The notes beneath the pieces were generated by a model. The model did no database searches, was not told the origin of the DNA, and worked only from the letters and a program-made list of their open reading frames with translations. A stretch of 64,000 nucleotides of DNA from Flavobacteriaceae bacterium (GTDB lineage: Bacteria; Bacteroidota; Bacteroidia; Flavobacteriales; Flavobacteriaceae), in contig CP031964.1 in NCBI GenBank assembly GCA_003443635.1, positions 526,321-590,320 on the forward strand, read 5' to 3'. The position numbers were made by a program, and so were the translations under genes. Shown here piece by piece: positions 59,926 to 64,000 of the stretch. Within the stretch, counting starts at the first letter, position 1; every line of letters starts with the position of its first letter.

Positions 59926-61071
59926 ATGAAAACCAAGCTAACAACCTTATTATTGTTTTTGTGTATAGTGTCAAATGCACAAACAATTTACGAAGAATTT
60001 AAATCTAATAAACTAGGAGTTTCAAGACAAATTAAAATTCAACTTCCTAGAAATTATGAAACTAATACCGATAAAAGTTACCCATTATTTATAGTACTAG
60101 ATGGCGATTATTTATTTGAAGTCGTAGCAGGTAATGTAGATTACTATTCGTATTGGGAAGACATGCCAGAATCTATTGTTGTAGGGATTAATCAAATTGA
60201 TAGTAGAGATACGGATCTTTATTACTCTGATCAAAACTATTTTCCAGCAGAAACAGGAATAGATTTTTTTGAATTTATAGGAATGGAACTCATTCCACAT
60301 ATAAATAAAACCTATAGAACTGAGAATTTTAAAATTGCAGTAGGTCATGGAGAAACTGCCAATTTTATTAATTATTATTTATTTAAGGACAACCCTTTGT
60401 TTCAAGCATATATTGCGTTAAGCCCATATTTTGCTGAAGGAATGATTGAGAATATTCCTGAACAATTAAAACAATTGGAAGCAAAGAAATTTTACTATTT
60501 GGCAACAGCTTCAAATGATAGAAAATCAATTAAAGAAGATTCAGAAAATTTGAATGCTAGTTTATCGTCAATTGATGAAACAAAACTATCCTATAGTTTT
60601 GATAATTTTGAAGGGACAACACATTATTCTATGCCAGCTCATGGGATACCAAAAGCGTTAGAAAATATGTTTTATGTATATCAACCAATAAGCAAGGATG
60701 AATATAAAGAAACAATGCTGACATACGAAGGCTCTCCAGTTGAATATTTAAACGAAAAATATAAAACAATTTTTGATTTATTTGGAATTGAAAAACAAGT
60801 TTTAATAAACGATTTTCAAGCAGTAGCATCTGCAATTGAGAAAAAAGAAATTTATGATGCATACGAAGAATTGTCTAAAATAGCTCGTAAGCATTACCCA
60901 GGAACACTTTTAGGCACCTATTATTTAGCGCGTTATCAAGAAGAAACCGGATCTCCTAAAAAAGCAATGCGAACTTATAAATCTGCTTACATAATGGATG
61001 AAATAGCTGGTATTACTAAAGATTTTATGCTTGAAAAAGCAGAAGAAATTAAAGCAGACTTTGGATATTAA
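59926..61071 (+). CDS. secreted esterase-fold (alpha/beta hydrolase) protein with C-terminal helical repeat domain; nucleophile serine apparently absent
   Basis: It has a signal peptide, an esterase-D-like N-terminal half (YPLFIVLDGDYLFE), and an elbow that reads AVGHGETAN where GHSxG is expected. Confidence 0.6.
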   Translation: MKTKLTTLLLFLCIVSNAQTIYEEFKSNKLGVSRQIKIQLPRNYETNTDKSYPLFIVLDGDYLFEVVAGNVDYYSYWEDMPESIVVGINQIDSRDTDLYYSDQNYFPAETGIDFFEFIGMELIPHINKTYRTENFKIAVGHGETANFINYYLFKDNPLFQAYIALSPYFAEGMIENIPEQLKQLEAKKFYYLATASNDRKSIKEDSENLNASLSSIDETKLSYSFDNFEGTTHYSMPAHGIPKALENMFYVYQPISKDEYKETMLTYEGSPVEYLNEKYKTIFDLFGIEKQVLINDFQAVASAIEKKEIYDAYEELSKIARKHYPGTLLGTYYLARYQEETGSPKKAMRTYKSAYIMDEIAGITKDFMLEKAEEIKADFGY

Positions 61072-62432
61072 TGGCAAAAGTTAAGACTACTTTTTTTTGC
61101 CAGAATTGTGGCAATCAATTTGCGAAATGGCAAGGACAATGTTCCACTTGTAAAGAATGGAATACCATAGTGGAAGAAGTTATTCAAAAACCTGAAAAGA
61201 GTGATTGGAAATCACCATCCACTCAAACCTCTAAACGAATTTCAAAGCCCTTAAAGATTAAAGAAATTGATTCTGCTCAAGAAGCACGAATGAGTACATT
61301 TGATGGAGAGTTTAATCGTGTTTTAGGAGGTGGAATTGTGCCAGGATCGCTCACACTTTTAGGAGGTGAACCAGGGATAGGAAAAAGTACATTACTGCTT
61401 CAAATTTCATTAAGGCTGCCCTATAAGACATTATACGTTTCAGGCGAAGAAAGTCAGAAACAAATCAAGATGCGTGCTGAACGTATTCATCCAGAAAATG
61501 ACAATTGTTATATTCTTACTGAGACAAAGACTCAAAATATATTTAAACAAATAACTTCGCTTCAACCAGACATTGTTATAATTGACTCCATACAGACATT
61601 ACATAGCGATTATATCGAGTCCTCTTCCGGAAGTATTTCTCAAATAAAAGAATGTACAACAGAACTCATAAAATTTGCAAAAGAAACAGCAACTCCAGTA
61701 GTATTAATTGGACACATTACTAAAGATGGAAATATTGCAGGACCTAAAATTTTAGAGCATATGGTAGATACGGTATTGCAATTTGAAGGAGATCGTAATC
61801 ATATATTTAGAATTTTACGTGCCAATAAAAATCGATTTGGATCTACTAACGAATTGGGAATTTATGAAATGCAAGGTTCAGGCTTACGAGAAGTAAGTAA
61901 TCCATCAGAAATATTAATTTCTAAAAAAGATGAAGATTTAAGTGGTAATGCAATAGCAGTAACTGTAGAAGGAATGCGACCACTAATGATAGAAATACAA
62001 GCATTGGTTAGCACAGCTGTTTACGGAACGCCACAACGCAGTGCAACTGGCTTTAATGCTAAACGTTTAAATATGTTGCTAGCTGTATTAGAAAAGCGAG
62101 CCGGATTTCGTTTAGGTGCAAAAGACGTATTTTTAAATATTACTGGTGGTATTACTGTAGATGATCCAGCAATAGATTTAGCAGTGATTGCAGCAATTTT
62201 ATCATCTAATGAAGATGTAGCACTTCAAAAAGATTTTTGCTTCGCAGCTGAAGTCGGACTCTCTGGAGAAATACGCCCTGTACAACGTATAGAACAGCGC
62301 ATTTTAGAAGCCGAGAAATTAGGATTTTCAACGATTTTTGTATCTAAATACAATAAAATTTCATTAAAAAATACTACAATAAAAGTGCAACTTATTTCTA
62401 AAATTGAAGATTTGGTTGGAATTTTAGTTTAA
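61071..62432 (+). CDS. radA: DNA repair protein RadA
   Basis: It has an N-terminal zinc finger (CQNCGNQFAKWQGQCSTCKEWNT) and Walker A (GGEPGIGKST), plus the KNRFG motif and a Lon-like C-terminal domain. Its start overlaps the upstream stop by 1 nt. Confidence 0.95.
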   Translation: MAKVKTTFFCQNCGNQFAKWQGQCSTCKEWNTIVEEVIQKPEKSDWKSPSTQTSKRISKPLKIKEIDSAQEARMSTFDGEFNRVLGGGIVPGSLTLLGGEPGIGKSTLLLQISLRLPYKTLYVSGEESQKQIKMRAERIHPENDNCYILTETKTQNIFKQITSLQPDIVIIDSIQTLHSDYIESSSGSISQIKECTTELIKFAKETATPVVLIGHITKDGNIAGPKILEHMVDTVLQFEGDRNHIFRILRANKNRFGSTNELGIYEMQGSGLREVSNPSEILISKKDEDLSGNAIAVTVEGMRPLMIEIQALVSTAVYGTPQRSATGFNAKRLNMLLAVLEKRAGFRLGAKDVFLNITGGITVDDPAIDLAVIAAILSSNEDVALQKDFCFAAEVGLSGEIRPVQRIEQRILEAEKLGFSTIFVSKYNKISLKNTTIKVQLISKIEDLVGILV

Positions 62433-62523
62433 ATCGAGTTTTCAAAATTGAAAATAGTCACTTTTCAACCCCTATTTTCCTAAAAATCATTAATTTCGCA
62501 ACCTTACTAGAATTAATGATATT

Positions 62524-64000
62524 ATGAGTATGAGCTTTCCTGAATATAAAGGACTTAACTTATCTAAAATAGCTACAGAAGTTAGCAAAGATTGGGAAGA
62601 TAAAGACATTTTTGAAAAGAGTATGTCTACTCGAGAAGGAAAACCACCTTATGTGTTTTTTGAAGGACCTCCTTCTGCAAATGGACTCCCAGGAGTTCAT
62701 CATGTTTTGGCACGTTCTATTAAAGATATTTTTCCACGTTATAAAACAATGAAAGGGTTTCAAGTAAAACGTAAAGCGGGCTGGGATACTCATGGTTTAC
62801 CTATAGAACTTGGTGTTGAAAAAGAGCTAGGGATCACTAAGGAAGATATCGGAAAAACTATTTCTGTAGAAGAGTATAATGAAGCTTGTAAAACAGCTGT
62901 AATGCGTTATACCGATGTTTGGAATGACTTAACTCAAAAAATGGGTTATTGGGTAGATATGGATGACCCATATGTAACCTATAAATCCAAATATATGGAG
63001 ACTGTTTGGTGGTTGCTTAAACAGATTTATGATAAGGAGTTATTGTATAAAGGTTATACCATTCAACCGTATTCACCAAAAGCTGGAACAGGGTTGAGTT
63101 CTCACGAACTTAATCAGCCAGGTACTTATCAAGATGTTACAGATACTACTGTAGTTGCACAATTTAAAGCAATACCAGATTCGCTTCCTGAATTTTTACA
63201 AAATGAAGGAGATATTTATTTTTTAGCATGGACGACTACACCTTGGACATTGCCTAGTAATACAGCATTAACAGTTGGTCCAAAAATTGAATATGTATTG
63301 GTAGAAACTTATAATCAATATACGTTCAAACCGATGAATGTAATCCTAGCAAAATCTTTAGTAGGAAAACAATTTGCTGGAAAATTTAATCAAGTTGAAG
63401 AAAAATCAGAATTACTAAATTATACATCAGGGGATAAAACTATTCCATTTTTTATAGTTAAAGAGTTTAAAGGAAAAGATTTAATAGAGATTAAATACGA
63501 ACAATTATTAGATTATGCTCTGCCTAATGATAATCCAGAAAATGCTTTTAGAGTAATTGCTGGAGATTTTGTAACGACTGAGGATGGTACAGGAATTGTT
63601 CATACATCACCTACTTTTGGAGCAGATGATGCTTTGGTTGCGAAACAAGCAATACCAGAAGTACCACCACTATTAGTAAAAGATGAGAATGATAATTTAG
63701 TACCACTTGTAGATTTACAAGGACGTTTTCGTTCTGAGATGAAAGAGTTTGGTGGAAAATATGTAAAGAATGAATATTATGCTGATGGGGAAGTACCTGA
63801 ACGTTCGGTAGATGTTGAGTTAGCTATTAAGTTAAAAGAAGAAAACAAAGCTTTTAAGGTTGAAAAATATAAACATAGCTACCCTAATTGCTGGCGTACA
63901 GATAAACCAATCTTGTACTATCCACTGGACTCTTGGTTTATTAAAATAACGGATGTAAAAGATAGAATGCATGGGTTGAACCAAACCATTAATTGGAAAC
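62524..64000 (+). CDS. ileS: isoleucine--tRNA ligase, 5' portion (runs off the window end)
   Basis: It has the class I HIGH-region variant PPSANGLPGVHHVLARSIKD and editing-domain sequence. The frame is open to nt 64000. Confidence 0.9.
   Translation, partial: MSMSFPEYKGLNLSKIATEVSKDWEDKDIFEKSMSTREGKPPYVFFEGPPSANGLPGVHHVLARSIKDIFPRYKTMKGFQVKRKAGWDTHGLPIELGVEKELGITKEDIGKTISVEEYNEACKTAVMRYTDVWNDLTQKMGYWVDMDDPYVTYKSKYMETVWWLLKQIYDKELLYKGYTIQPYSPKAGTGLSSHELNQPGTYQDVTDTTVVAQFKAIPDSLPEFLQNEGDIYFLAWTTTPWTLPSNTALTVGPKIEYVLVETYNQYTFKPMNVILAKSLVGKQFAGKFNQVEEKSELLNYTSGDKTIPFFIVKEFKGKDLIEIKYEQLLDYALPNDNPENAFRVIAGDFVTTEDGTGIVHTSPTFGADDALVAKQAIPEVPPLLVKDENDNLVPLVDLQGRFRSEMKEFGGKYVKNEYYADGEVPERSVDVELAIKLKEENKAFKVEKYKHSYPNCWRTDKPILYYPLDSWFIKITDVKDRMHGLNQTINWK

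Noticed and set aside
62433-62523. Inverted repeats upstream of ileS (ttttcaaaattgaaaa and cattaat…attaatg)
   Set aside because: They are short AT-only stems with too tight a loop for the first and too long a loop for the second. This could be a weak radA terminator, but the evidence is insufficient to call it.
62560-62793. 77-aa minus-strand ORF near the window end
   Set aside because: The plus strand here encodes an unmistakable ileS N-terminus in an open frame running off the window. The minus ORF is its shadow.

Overview
This is an AT-rich chromosomal segment that looks like Flavobacteriia (Bacteroidota), with roughly 55 protein-coding genes and no rRNA, tRNA, CRISPR array, transposase or integrase that I could see. 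The phylum call rests on type-IX-secretion C-terminal sorting domains, TonB-dependent receptors, SusC-like N-terminal domains and a PorZ-like two-propeller protein. Most genes are housekeeping: pheS, gpsA, nadD-gmk-yicC, gdhA, recO, recX, atpDC, glmS, panCD, radA and the 5' end of ileS. Transport and surface genes include a SulP/STAS transporter fragment, a Na+/H+ antiporter, an FHS-type MFS sugar transporter, a DMT transporter, two TonB-dependent receptors, and two tandem paralogous secreted proteins of about 1,030 aa with T9SS sorting domains. The most unusual region spans about 30.1 to 44.3 kb. It holds a split biotin locus in which bioB and bioF-bioD-bioA are separated by an elongating-type beta-ketoacyl-ACP synthase plus a flotillin/YqiJ pair. 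Inside the bioF-bioD junction sits a translationally coupled DUF2007-like zinc-ribbon ORF. Two paralogous two-helix membrane proteins bracket a small island carrying a DUF2975/XRE-HTH pair and an M61/PDZ lipoprotein peptidase, and the island ends at a reversed-order umuC-umuD pair. Other points are a recent intragenic tandem duplication of about 630 bp in a T9SS cargo gene, a TonB-dependent receptor paired with an SGNH-hydrolase lipoprotein, and an esterase-fold protein that appears to lack its nucleophile serine. All calls come from reading the translations and the DNA directly. Identity values are by-eye estimates, not computed.
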